A stretch of 26,544 bases of DNA from a virus (Duplodnaviria > Caudoviricetes), in the IMG/VR virus record IMGVR_UViG_3300005325_000019, positions 1 through 26,544 of that record; one strand, written 5' to 3'. Below, in pieces: positions 16,401-23,427 of the stretch. Under the pieces are notes generated by a model that had not been told where the DNA came from, ran no database searches, and was given only the letters and a program-made list of their open reading frames with translations. A program made the translations under genes and the position numbers. Position 1 is the first letter of the stretch. Every line of letters begins with the position of its first letter.

Positions 16401-16561
16401 GGCAGCTCGTGAAGGCAGGGTCCTGGTTGATGTGTGTCCGCGTCCTGGACGATGAAGTTTGGGGCAAGATTAAGGCCGGCATCTACAGGGCGTTTTCAAT
16501 CGGTGGCAGGGGGGTGCTCATTGAAAGAGTACGACCTGATTATCAGCGGACTATTGGATGA
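13421..16561 (+). CDS. Polyprotein: nucleotidyltransferase-like + ATP-dependent DNA ligase + UDG-like + LigD phosphoesterase-like + XkdF-type prohead protease
   Basis: LVGS...NDIDILL (~13730); ligase motifs EVKFDGFR, ILDGEM, VAFDCL, EGLIVKD, WAKFK (14111-14620); UDG family-4-like PMVGPPGE, PKVIVALGKQA, PHPAA (~15000-15400); FVLQAH...HSDLRFE...DAGTY...GEKIKGR (~15527-16020); KADEEKRLVFGVISEPDTVDLQG...GSW...FSIGG (16187-16510). Confidence 0.88.
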   Translation: MKLAEMTSPALQEAPEEEVRSAWLRLSQWYGAAEAKGKAAENIVNAAAFVSAEFQRRGWDIDPKKPLAQAVARLQLHKGMSLSMAQVLDSLPSEVVLVKDFACLVGSAVSVDTPNDIDILLRAGRDDAGENFLVQGDNVYIPLRKALDPEKLRKLHFIDNPQGPHSDHVPLYSLVLRRESLEKRIVKALQPGDRFPPQKPLLAGYIEFFSTEELWPWCERKIKEGARLAGEVKFDGFRCVVSLQDGKVSAWFEDSGEDGASHLPGIVQAVQNGGCKSLILDGEMLGVDHNGRIIPRTQLQEMLCGDPAFEPYYVAFDCLNLDEDISNRPLGERQTILAALVDDLKSPQIQLSKGRRFDSYKELEIIGRWAASQPASEGLIVKDLLKPYHPGSSDDWAKFKTVLELKVQVLEVQEKKNGFTYLCGLREPPKSADRTQVHSGLLALGNTFVTPFRSEIGKVLNVRIEELLILNKGNGEARIAWEKPTVVGPDSLKDAYTVAQAVDLARRGHVLKVEVGKEDVPAWGREGAQIAFVAACPNESERARREPMVGPPGELFQKLYLESAGLKKEDVALLYLVPQVLYEKGRPRSPSELEVEAWTAHLMKELHRQNPKVIVALGKQAGQALEDLADFVMPHPAAVHRYGDSGEVSRKIKQLMARVQEVAKQDSGQEDRQDDRQDTRSYVAAREYERTWWQMAPASGIGRFVLQAHWRGLSEEETKLSHEDLLKTDHSVHSDLRFEVDRQRLWGFTIFEGSTKDIMEKGRGEARILHLMPNDGLQGAFKLQQPHSWLTIAEEKPFVSGPGAGAVGSTAQKFSKFFQLDAGTYSFSFARQHGREVFLHGEKIKGRVLMQYIPASEGRVWVISRPESQEPYTSSHKLEDVVEELKEKGQERLVWSAAPGQHAKVLNLHNCPFKKQRFAAILKADEEKRLVFGVISEPDTVDLQGHVLSREEIARMARNFEQYVREFRDRHTRRKARTEIVRSWIAKKDEWICGQLVKAGSWLMCVRVLDDEVWGKIKAGIYRAFSIGGRGVLIERVRPDYQRTIG
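15424..15459 (+). repeat. Three imperfect 12-bp tandem units in an inter-domain linker
   Basis: CCAGGAGGACCG CCAGGATGACCG CCAGGACACCCG encoding QEDRQDDRQDTR. Confidence 0.7.
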
Positions 16562-17396
16562 AGTGTCGTTTGTGCCGAGAGGTGCGAACGGGAAGGAATA
16601 CCTACTGGTGAAAGAGGCAAAGATGAAGGAAGCGATCCTGAAAAGCGTAGTGGAAACCCCGGACGAGGACCTGAAGAAGGCTCTCTCCGAGGCCAATCTG
16701 GATGCAGAATCCGTTGATGTCCTTGAGACTGTTGGAAGGGTCCTCAAGGCATACAAGGACAGGCTGCCGGAACAGGCCCCGGCCATCCTGGCCAAAGCCT
16801 GCGGCTATCCGGAGCCCAAGCCTAAGGCCGGCAAGGGCAAGGAAGACGATGATGAAGGGGAAGAAGAGGGCGCGGACGAGGGGGAGTACAGCAAGGAGCT
16901 GCTGGAGAAGATGGACCCAGGCATCCGGGCCATATTCCAGAAGATGGAGGCAAAGCTGGATGCCACAGAAGAAAGGGCCGAGCGGTCCGAAAACCTGGCA
17001 AAGGAGCTGAAGGACGAGCAGATCACAAAGATCTACATCGCCAAGGCACAGGCTCTGCCCAACATTCCCGGCCTGACGGCAGAGAAACATGCTCCGATAA
17101 TGAAGGTCTTGGGCGAGGATCACCCTGCCGAGTTCTCCGAGGTCTTCAGCCTGCTCAAGGCGGCTGATGCTCTGCTGGAGAAGTCCGCGGCCTGGAGCGA
17201 GCTTGGAAGCGAAAGAGCCATTAGCGGCGGCTCGGTTATGAACAAGATCCAGAAGGCGGCAGAGTCACTGGTGCGAAAGGATACGTCAGGCATGACCATC
17301 GAGGATGCCATCGAAAAGGTGCTCGACGATCATCCCGAATGGTATGACGAGTACGAAGCTGCCCGCAGCGCCGAAGCTGAGAAGGGGGTGGCCTGA
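16521..17396 (+). CDS. Capsid scaffold-like protein with N-terminal EVSxV..AN protease-fold motif
   Basis: GGGGTG then TTG 16521; LDEVSFVPRGAN; acidic coiled coil; lies between protease and capsid genes. Confidence 0.8.
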   Translation: MKEYDLIISGLLDEVSFVPRGANGKEYLLVKEAKMKEAILKSVVETPDEDLKKALSEANLDAESVDVLETVGRVLKAYKDRLPEQAPAILAKACGYPEPKPKAGKGKEDDDEGEEEGADEGEYSKELLEKMDPGIRAIFQKMEAKLDATEERAERSENLAKELKDEQITKIYIAKAQALPNIPGLTAEKHAPIMKVLGEDHPAEFSEVFSLLKAADALLEKSAAWSELGSERAISGGSVMNKIQKAAESLVRKDTSGMTIEDAIEKVLDDHPEWYDEYEAARSAEAEKGVA

Positions 17397-18251
17397 ATGG
17401 CAACTGAACTTCCTTTTGGAAAGTTTTCTCGCCTGGCCGGCGAGGATCTCAGAGAGGCCGTCTGCCATGCAGCCAAGCTGGACACAGACGGCCATATCGT
17501 AAAGGGAACCGTAGGTGCTCGCTGTGTTGGCATCTTGCAGGACAATCCTGAGAATGGGCAGGTGGGCTCCGTCATGGCTCTGGGAATCAGCCCGGCAGTC
17601 TATGGCGGCACAGTTGCAGCAAATGATGATCTAGCCAGTGATGCAAACGGCCACTTGGTAACAGCCGTCGCCGGTCAGCCTGTGGTGGCCGTGGCCCTGG
17701 AGGCAGGCGTAGCAGGTGAGGAACACTCTGTGCTCATTCTTCCGCAGACTCCGGGGGCCTATCCTGTAGGCGAGCAGGGAGATGTTCTCTATTTCAATGG
17801 TTCGAACTGGGTCGTGCTGCATCATGGGACTGTGGCCGGCATGAGGCTGGAGACAGGCGGACATGGGGCCAATCCCAGCTATCAGAAGACCAAGGAGTGG
17901 TGGATCTTCTACATCCCGCTCGCCGATATCGCAAATGGCGATTTGCTGACCGAATGGGTGCCCGGATTTGCCGGAACCATAATCGAGATCCTGGCCGTTG
18001 TGCAAAAGCCCGCAGCAACCGCAAGTAAGGCAGCCACTCTGAACGCCGAGATAGGAACTACCGATTTGACTGGCGGAGCCCTGGCGCTGACATCGGCCAA
18101 CTGCACGCCAAAAGGGGCGAAGGTGGCGGCAAGCGCCATCACTGCAAATAATGCATTTGGAGCAACTGATGCCGTTTCTGTCGAAGCATCCGGTGTCACA
18201 GCATTTGTTGAGGGAGCGATCTGGCTCATGATCGGCTATACGAGGCCCTGA
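17397..18251 (+). CDS. Capsid decoration/cement-like protein with C-terminal extension
   Basis: Gly/Ala/Val-rich N-domain (AGEDL...VGILQDNP...ASDANG) immediately before the major capsid gene. Confidence 0.7.
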   Translation: MATELPFGKFSRLAGEDLREAVCHAAKLDTDGHIVKGTVGARCVGILQDNPENGQVGSVMALGISPAVYGGTVAANDDLASDANGHLVTAVAGQPVVAVALEAGVAGEEHSVLILPQTPGAYPVGEQGDVLYFNGSNWVVLHHGTVAGMRLETGGHGANPSYQKTKEWWIFYIPLADIANGDLLTEWVPGFAGTIIEILAVVQKPAATASKAATLNAEIGTTDLTGGALALTSANCTPKGAKVAASAITANNAFGATDAVSVEASGVTAFVEGAIWLMIGYTRP

Positions 18252-18269
18252 AAGGGAGGTGAAAAGACA

Positions 18270-19244
18270 ATGCCAAGACCAAACAGAGCAAATGTCCATG
18301 TCCACGGATTGCTGGGAAACCTGGCCGTTAAGTTCATTCTCAAAGCCAGGATGTTTGTTGCTGCTGATGTCTTCCCAATCGTCCCCGTAGACAAGCAGTC
18401 GGACAACTACACAGTATATGATAAGGGAGATTTCCTGCGAGATGAGGCGGAGGAGAGGGCACCTGCCACCGAATCAGCAGGCGGGAACTTTGATATCGAT
18501 ACCACGCCCTACTATCTGTGCCGGACATTCTCGTTCCACAAGGATGTGGACGACGACACCAGAGACAATGCCGACAAGCCCATCGATCCCGATAAAGATG
18601 CAATGCAGCTCGCCATGCAAAAGCTCCTAATCAAGCGCGAGAGACAGTTCCTGGGCAGTTATTTCCGTGCCGGCGTGTGGAGCAAGAACTACACCGGCGT
18701 GAGCGGCGAGCCTGGGGCAAATGAGATCAAGAAATGGAGTCTTTCCGGCTCAAAGCCTGTAAAGAATGTCGATACCTGGATGAATGATGTTGAGGAGCTT
18801 ACCGGCGAGCGGCCAAACCGTCTGGTGCTGTCGCCTGATGTCGTGTCTGCTCTCAAGGACAACGACGATATCAAATCTCGCATCCAGTACACCCAGAAGG
18901 GCATCATCACCACCGATATTCTGGCAGAGCTATTCGAGGTCGAGAAGGTGCTCGTAGCCCGCGGCACATACAATACCGCCGCCAAAGGGGCTGCAACCGC
19001 CATGAGACGCATGGCTTCGGGGCAGGTTCTGCTGGCCTATGCAGCCGAGCGCCCGAGCACCGAAAACCCAAGTGCCGGCTATATGTTCGCCTGGAAGGGC
19101 AGATTTGGGAACTCCAAGCTTGGCTCCAGGATCAAGAAGTTCAGGATGGAGCATCTCAAATCCGATCGGGTAGAGGCGGAATTGTCCTTCGATCCAAAGC
19201 TTGTGGCTCCGGATCTGGCAGTCTATGCCAGCGCTGTAGTGTAG
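18270..19244 (+). CDS. Major capsid protein (HK97 fold inferred)
   Basis: Strong GGAGGTGA SD; 324 aa; VHVH..L.NLAV...FVA..VFP.VPV.KQSD.Y..Y...RAP N-terminal pattern; position in the head operon. Confidence 0.85.
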   Translation: MPRPNRANVHVHGLLGNLAVKFILKARMFVAADVFPIVPVDKQSDNYTVYDKGDFLRDEAEERAPATESAGGNFDIDTTPYYLCRTFSFHKDVDDDTRDNADKPIDPDKDAMQLAMQKLLIKRERQFLGSYFRAGVWSKNYTGVSGEPGANEIKKWSLSGSKPVKNVDTWMNDVEELTGERPNRLVLSPDVVSALKDNDDIKSRIQYTQKGIITTDILAELFEVEKVLVARGTYNTAAKGAATAMRRMASGQVLLAYAAERPSTENPSAGYMFAWKGRFGNSKLGSRIKKFRMEHLKSDRVEAELSFDPKLVAPDLAVYASAVV

Positions 19245-19252
19245 GCCAATTC

Positions 19253-19267
19253 TACTCTCCTTTTTTT
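19253..19267 (+). terminator. Putative archaeal oligo-T terminator after the capsid gene
   Basis: Pyrimidine tract ending in T7 (19261-19267). Confidence 0.45.
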
Positions 19268-19344
19268 GGAAGGATCGATGTTTGGAAGGATCGATGTTTG
19301 GAAGGATCGATGTTTGGAAGGATGGATATTTGGAAGGATCAATG
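19265..19344 (+). repeat. Five tandem 16-bp units TTTGGAAGGATCGATG
   Basis: Three exact units (19265, 19281, 19297) and two variants (19313, 19329); the last ends in the ATG at 19342. Confidence 0.95.
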
Positions 19345-19734
19345 GCCTATACTGACAATCCCACTGGCAGCCTTGCCGATCTGGTGAGGCTGAAGGCGGG
19401 AGACACCAGCGAGTCGCCTCTCCTCAGCGATGAGGCGGTTGAAGCGTTCTTGCTCAATAATGATAATAACGTGCTGCTGGCCTCAGCGGAAGCCTGCGAG
19501 GCTCTTGCAGCTCATTACGCCGACAATCCCACCGAGACCGTAGGGGATGTCGAGGCGGCAGCCACCAAGACGCAGAATTTCCTGCGAGCTGCAGATAGAT
19601 ACAGAGCGCAGGCGGCCATAGAGATGTCCGAAGCCGAGAAGGAGACGGCAGCCAGGCCCCGGAGGCCGGGCTACAGCGCCGATGCCCTGAACAGGGGCTC
19701 GGTCTTCAAGCGGGGTGTCTGCAATGGTAATTGA
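19342..19734 (+). CDS. Head-tail adaptor-like protein
   Basis: DLVRLKAGDT...LLSDEAV pattern; directly after the capsid gene. Confidence 0.7.
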   Translation: MAYTDNPTGSLADLVRLKAGDTSESPLLSDEAVEAFLLNNDNNVLLASAEACEALAAHYADNPTETVGDVEAAATKTQNFLRAADRYRAQAAIEMSEAEKETAARPRRPGYSADALNRGSVFKRGVCNGN

Positions 19735-20155
19735 GCAGCCGATCGTCTCTCAGGCAGATCTCGCCAGGCTCGTTCTGGCCGTTTTCGGTTCATTGGGCAC
19801 ATGGTTCTTTGGGGCCTGGGACCCCATTCTTCAGGCTCTCATCGCCCTGGTGATCATCGACTATCTCAGCGGCGTCCTGGCCGGATATTACGAGAAGCGG
19901 CTCAACAGCGAGATCGGATTCCGGGGGATCGTGAAGAAGCTGTGCATGTTTCTCATGGTGGCCCTGGCTAACATCCTGGACACCACTGCCGGCCTTGGCG
20001 AGCCCTGGATCAGGACTACGGTTATCATGTTCTTCATTGCCAACGAGTCGCTTTCCGCCCTGGAAAATGCCGGTCGCATCGGTGTTCCTCTGCCAGAACC
20101 GCTCATAGCCGCCCTGGAGAAGATCCACAAGCAGCATACCGGAGAGAGGAAATGA
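19724..20155 (+). CDS. Holin (Phage_holin_4_1 / toxin-secretion holin-like)
   Basis: IDYLSGV...LNSEIGFRGIVKK...ANESLSALENAGRIGVPLP; about three hydrophobic segments. Confidence 0.88.
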   Translation: MVIEQPIVSQADLARLVLAVFGSLGTWFFGAWDPILQALIALVIIDYLSGVLAGYYEKRLNSEIGFRGIVKKLCMFLMVALANILDTTAGLGEPWIRTTVIMFFIANESLSALENAGRIGVPLPEPLIAALEKIHKQHTGERK

Positions 20156-20823
20156 CTGATCTCTCCGCCTCCGGGATGGCGCAAATAAAGCAATCTTTGG
20201 TCCTGGAGTCCGAGGACCTGCAAAGGCTGCAAGATCTGGTGCCCGAGCTGAAGCAGGCCGTGGCTACGAGGACGATGTTCAGGACGCAAACTGAAGCCAG
20301 GTTCAGCGTTCTCAATGACCTCAAGCATCCGACCCCTGCAGCCAAGTACCATCAGGCCAAGCTGGAGCAGGTAGTCATGTTCGGCAACCTGATGACTCTC
20401 TCTTTTGACTATCGAGAAGCTCTGATCGACCTGGCAGAGGCGGAAGAGAAGATCAAAAGCGCTCGAGGTTTCGAGCTGGAGCGGCTCAAAGTAAAGAGAG
20501 ACCGGCTCACCTACAAGCTTGCATGGATGAGATCCGAGGCAAAGGAACGGTTACGGGAGATCGAGATGTGGAGCCGGATCAAGGCCCAGCTCGAGTCTGC
20601 TGCATCCTTTGATCACGACAACAAGGATACCGAAGAGCTGCAGGGTCTTGCCATTCGCTACATGCAAGAGCTTCCAGCCGCTTTGAGGGCAGGCAAAGAC
20701 GTAGGCGGCGCTGTAAACATCATCGCCCAGGCAGCCACCATGCTTGCCGAATGCGAGAGGCGCAGCATACCCCTGCCGCAGAAATTGGTTGAGCGCAGCA
20801 AGCGCTTACTCAAAGGAGCTTAG
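20152..20823 (+). CDS. Helical/coiled-coil phage protein, possibly a fibre-associated chaperone
   Basis: 223 aa; PTPAAKYHQAKLEQ motif and heptads; coupled to the next gene. Confidence 0.7.
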   Translation: MTDLSASGMAQIKQSLVLESEDLQRLQDLVPELKQAVATRTMFRTQTEARFSVLNDLKHPTPAAKYHQAKLEQVVMFGNLMTLSFDYREALIDLAEAEEKIKSARGFELERLKVKRDRLTYKLAWMRSEAKERLREIEMWSRIKAQLESAASFDHDNKDTEELQGLAIRYMQELPAALRAGKDVGGAVNIIAQAATMLAECERRSIPLPQKLVERSKRLLKGA

Positions 20824-20825
20824 GA

Positions 20826-22703
20826 ATGGCCTGGGAATTCGCAGGCAGCCTCAACACTGGCCGCTTTGAACACTCTGGCGGGGGCGATCCTGATGATGCT
20901 ATCACTATGGGCGGAGTGAGCGATTCATCATCTTCCGAAGACGGGACGGAAGAATTCAATGGCACCTCATGGAGAAGCGGCGGCGATCTGGCCACAGGCA
21001 GATCAGGGGCGGGAGGAGCAGGAAATTCTGCAGATGCAATCTGTATGGGCGGATTTAGCATTAGCATCTGCATTGAAAGCACGGAAGAGTATAATGGCAG
21101 CTCCTGGTGTTCTGGCGGGGATCTCGCCAGTCCCAAATTTCGACTATCTGGCGGCGGCAGCTCTTCTGATGCTATCGCCATAGGCGGTTTCTTTTACGAT
21201 GAAGAGACGGAAGAGAGCGAGGTATTCGATGATACCGAAGAGTACAACGGCACCTCTTGGAGCAGCGGAGGAGCCCTTGCCACGGCCAGATATTACCATG
21301 CAGGCGGCGGGAGTTCCTCAAATGCTATCTGTATGGGCGGCTATGATGGAGACGATTATTCCGCGGCCTCTGAAAAGTATAATGGTACTTCCTGGAGTTC
21401 TGCCGGGAGCCTGATCACAGCAAGAGGGGGACTGGCCGGAGGAGGAAATTCCTCCCGTGCAATCTGCTTCGGTGGATCTACTGAATCTGTCTATTGCAGC
21501 GATACAGAAGAATTTGACGGCACCAGTTGGAGCTGCGGCGATGATCTGAATACGGGCCGCTGCTATTTAGCTGGGGACGGTCCTTCCGGAGGCTCGATCA
21601 GCGTAGGTGGATCGCCATCCGGCTACTATCGTTCTAATGTTTGTGAAGTGCTCCTGGCTTCTATATACTATGTGCTGGCGGAAGCACTTTCAGATTCAGA
21701 TTCATTTTGCCGCGGGACTGCCAGAGTCTCAAGATTGACCTCAGCACTTGCGGATATGGATTCTTCCGGCCTGGCTTCCTCTATCGCATTCAGGTCAGTT
21801 GCAGCTATCGTAGATTCAACATCTGCAGGCCAATCCAGCGCCTATGCTATATTATCCGGCTCTGCTGCGGCTGGGGCTCAACTCTCGGCTCAGGCCACAT
21901 CCGGCGCTCTGAGATCAGTATCCGCCTTGACTGATGCTCAATCGTCGCCTTCGGCCAGTGCCGGGATACTGAAAGCGGTTTTGGCATTGGTGGAGGCCGA
22001 TTCATCCGCATTGGCGTCGCCTTTGGCCGCCAGAGCAGTTGCAGCGCTGATAGATTCCGTCTCTGCAGGCATTGCCGGCTCTCATCCAATAAAAACCGGT
22101 TTCGCCGCCTTCGAGGCCCGCTCTGCCGCCATTGCCGACGTGAGCAGCGCCCTTAAGCTGGCATCAGCCGGCATGAGGGCTGAATCATCTCTCCTCTCAT
22201 CTGCGGGTGCTCTCAGAAGAAGCTCGGGCCTGACAAGTGCAGAATCCTATTGCTTGACTGAAGCAAAGACGATTCGCCGGACCCCGGCACTCACTGAAAC
22301 TGTTTCTTGCAGCCTGGCAGAAGGAAAGTCGCTGCGGGGCGTCCTGGCGGCGATCGATGCCGCATCTTTTGGACTGGCAGAGGCAGATATCACCTGGATT
22401 CGGCGGGCTTCTGCCTTCTCCAATGTCGATTCTTCGGGCACGGCAGGGGCAAAGATCCGCAAGTCGGCCTCGGCCCTGATAGGGTCTTTCGGCTCCGGCA
22501 TTGCGGCTCCCGGCACCTTGAGGCAGGCTGCGGCAATTTCTGAGGCTGTAGGCCGGAGCATAGCCGATGCCCATTTTATTGCCGCAGCTTCGGTCCGCTT
22601 CGACATCAAGTCTCTGGCAATTGCAGATGCCGCCGAGGCAAGAATCACAGTCGCCATGAGGTCAGCGATCACCAAATTGAGAGCCATGAGGTCCAGGCTT
22701 TGA
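20826..22703 (+). CDS. Kelch-like six-blade propeller + Ala/Ser-rich repeat stalk (putative fibre/adhesin)
   Basis: Six units W..GG.L.T.R....GG...AI..GG...TEEYNG.S, then about 350 aa of Ala/Ser-rich pseudo-repeats. Confidence 0.75.
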   Translation: MAWEFAGSLNTGRFEHSGGGDPDDAITMGGVSDSSSSEDGTEEFNGTSWRSGGDLATGRSGAGGAGNSADAICMGGFSISICIESTEEYNGSSWCSGGDLASPKFRLSGGGSSSDAIAIGGFFYDEETEESEVFDDTEEYNGTSWSSGGALATARYYHAGGGSSSNAICMGGYDGDDYSAASEKYNGTSWSSAGSLITARGGLAGGGNSSRAICFGGSTESVYCSDTEEFDGTSWSCGDDLNTGRCYLAGDGPSGGSISVGGSPSGYYRSNVCEVLLASIYYVLAEALSDSDSFCRGTARVSRLTSALADMDSSGLASSIAFRSVAAIVDSTSAGQSSAYAILSGSAAAGAQLSAQATSGALRSVSALTDAQSSPSASAGILKAVLALVEADSSALASPLAARAVAALIDSVSAGIAGSHPIKTGFAAFEARSAAIADVSSALKLASAGMRAESSLLSSAGALRRSSGLTSAESYCLTEAKTIRRTPALTETVSCSLAEGKSLRGVLAAIDAASFGLAEADITWIRRASAFSNVDSSGTAGAKIRKSASALIGSFGSGIAAPGTLRQAAAISEAVGRSIADAHFIAAASVRFDIKSLAIADAAEARITVAMRSAITKLRAMRSRL

Positions 22704-22984
22704 CGAAGATCTACAAGGGAGATGTCGGGGTCGAGATCCGGCTTGATACCGGCCAGAGTCTCGCCGGGGCCACGGCCACGAAGATCAGGGTGCAAAGGCC
22801 CGATGGGACAGAAGCGGAATGGGCGGCTCAGCAGTACAACAGCACCACCATCTATTATGTGACCGCCTCCGGGGATCTGGCGGCCAGTGGTGATTATCTT
22901 CTTCAGTCCTATGTGGAATGGGGAGAGGACAGCAAGCACACGGGAGAGAGTGTGAGACTGAGAATCTATGACCAGTTTGAATAG
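22700..22984 (+). CDS. Small beta-sandwich virion protein (BppU N-terminal-like)
   Basis: GDVG...LAGAT...VQRPDG...Y.T..GDL...G.Y pattern; TTGA overlap. Confidence 0.6.
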   Translation: MTKIYKGDVGVEIRLDTGQSLAGATATKIRVQRPDGTEAEWAAQQYNSTTIYYVTASGDLAASGDYLLQSYVEWGEDSKHTGESVRLRIYDQFE

Positions 22985-23005
22985 GAGTTTGAATAGGAGC
23001 TAGAA

Positions 23006-23422
23006 ATGTCGGGAAGCTTTGCGAACTATTGGGAAGAGAAGGTACTGAAGCACCTTTTCGGTATAGCGGCATACACTGCACCAGGCACTGTCTATGTGGG
23101 AGTATGCACGGGAGGAGTGACGGAAGCGGGAGTGGCGAGCGGCGAGCCTTCCGGAAGCGGATATGCCAGAGTGGCCATCACGAACGACGGCGACCACTGG
23201 GACTTTTCCCAGGTGGACGGATTGACCAGGATCGCCAACCATGCCGCTATCCAGTTTCCGGAGGCAAGCGGAAGCTGGGGAACTATCACGGATGTGTTCC
23301 TGGCGACTGCGGCTTCGGGCGGCAGCATTCTGGCCTTTGCCACGCTCACCGCCTCCAAGGCCATCGGCAGCGGTGATACTCTGAAGTTTGATGCAGCTGA
23401 TCTGGCTTTTACCCTGGATTAA
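23006..23422 (+). CDS. Phage tail/fibre-associated structural protein
   Basis: NYWEEKVL.HLF...EPSG.GYARVAI...FPEA.G.WGTIT...GG..L pattern common in phage tail regions. Confidence 0.75.
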   Translation: MSGSFANYWEEKVLKHLFGIAAYTAPGTVYVGVCTGGVTEAGVASGEPSGSGYARVAITNDGDHWDFSQVDGLTRIANHAAIQFPEASGSWGTITDVFLATAASGGSILAFATLTASKAIGSGDTLKFDAADLAFTLD

Positions 23423-23427
23423 AGGCA

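Noticed and set aside
19265-19344. 16-bp repeats as a mini-CRISPR
   Set aside because: Units are head-to-tail with no spacers.
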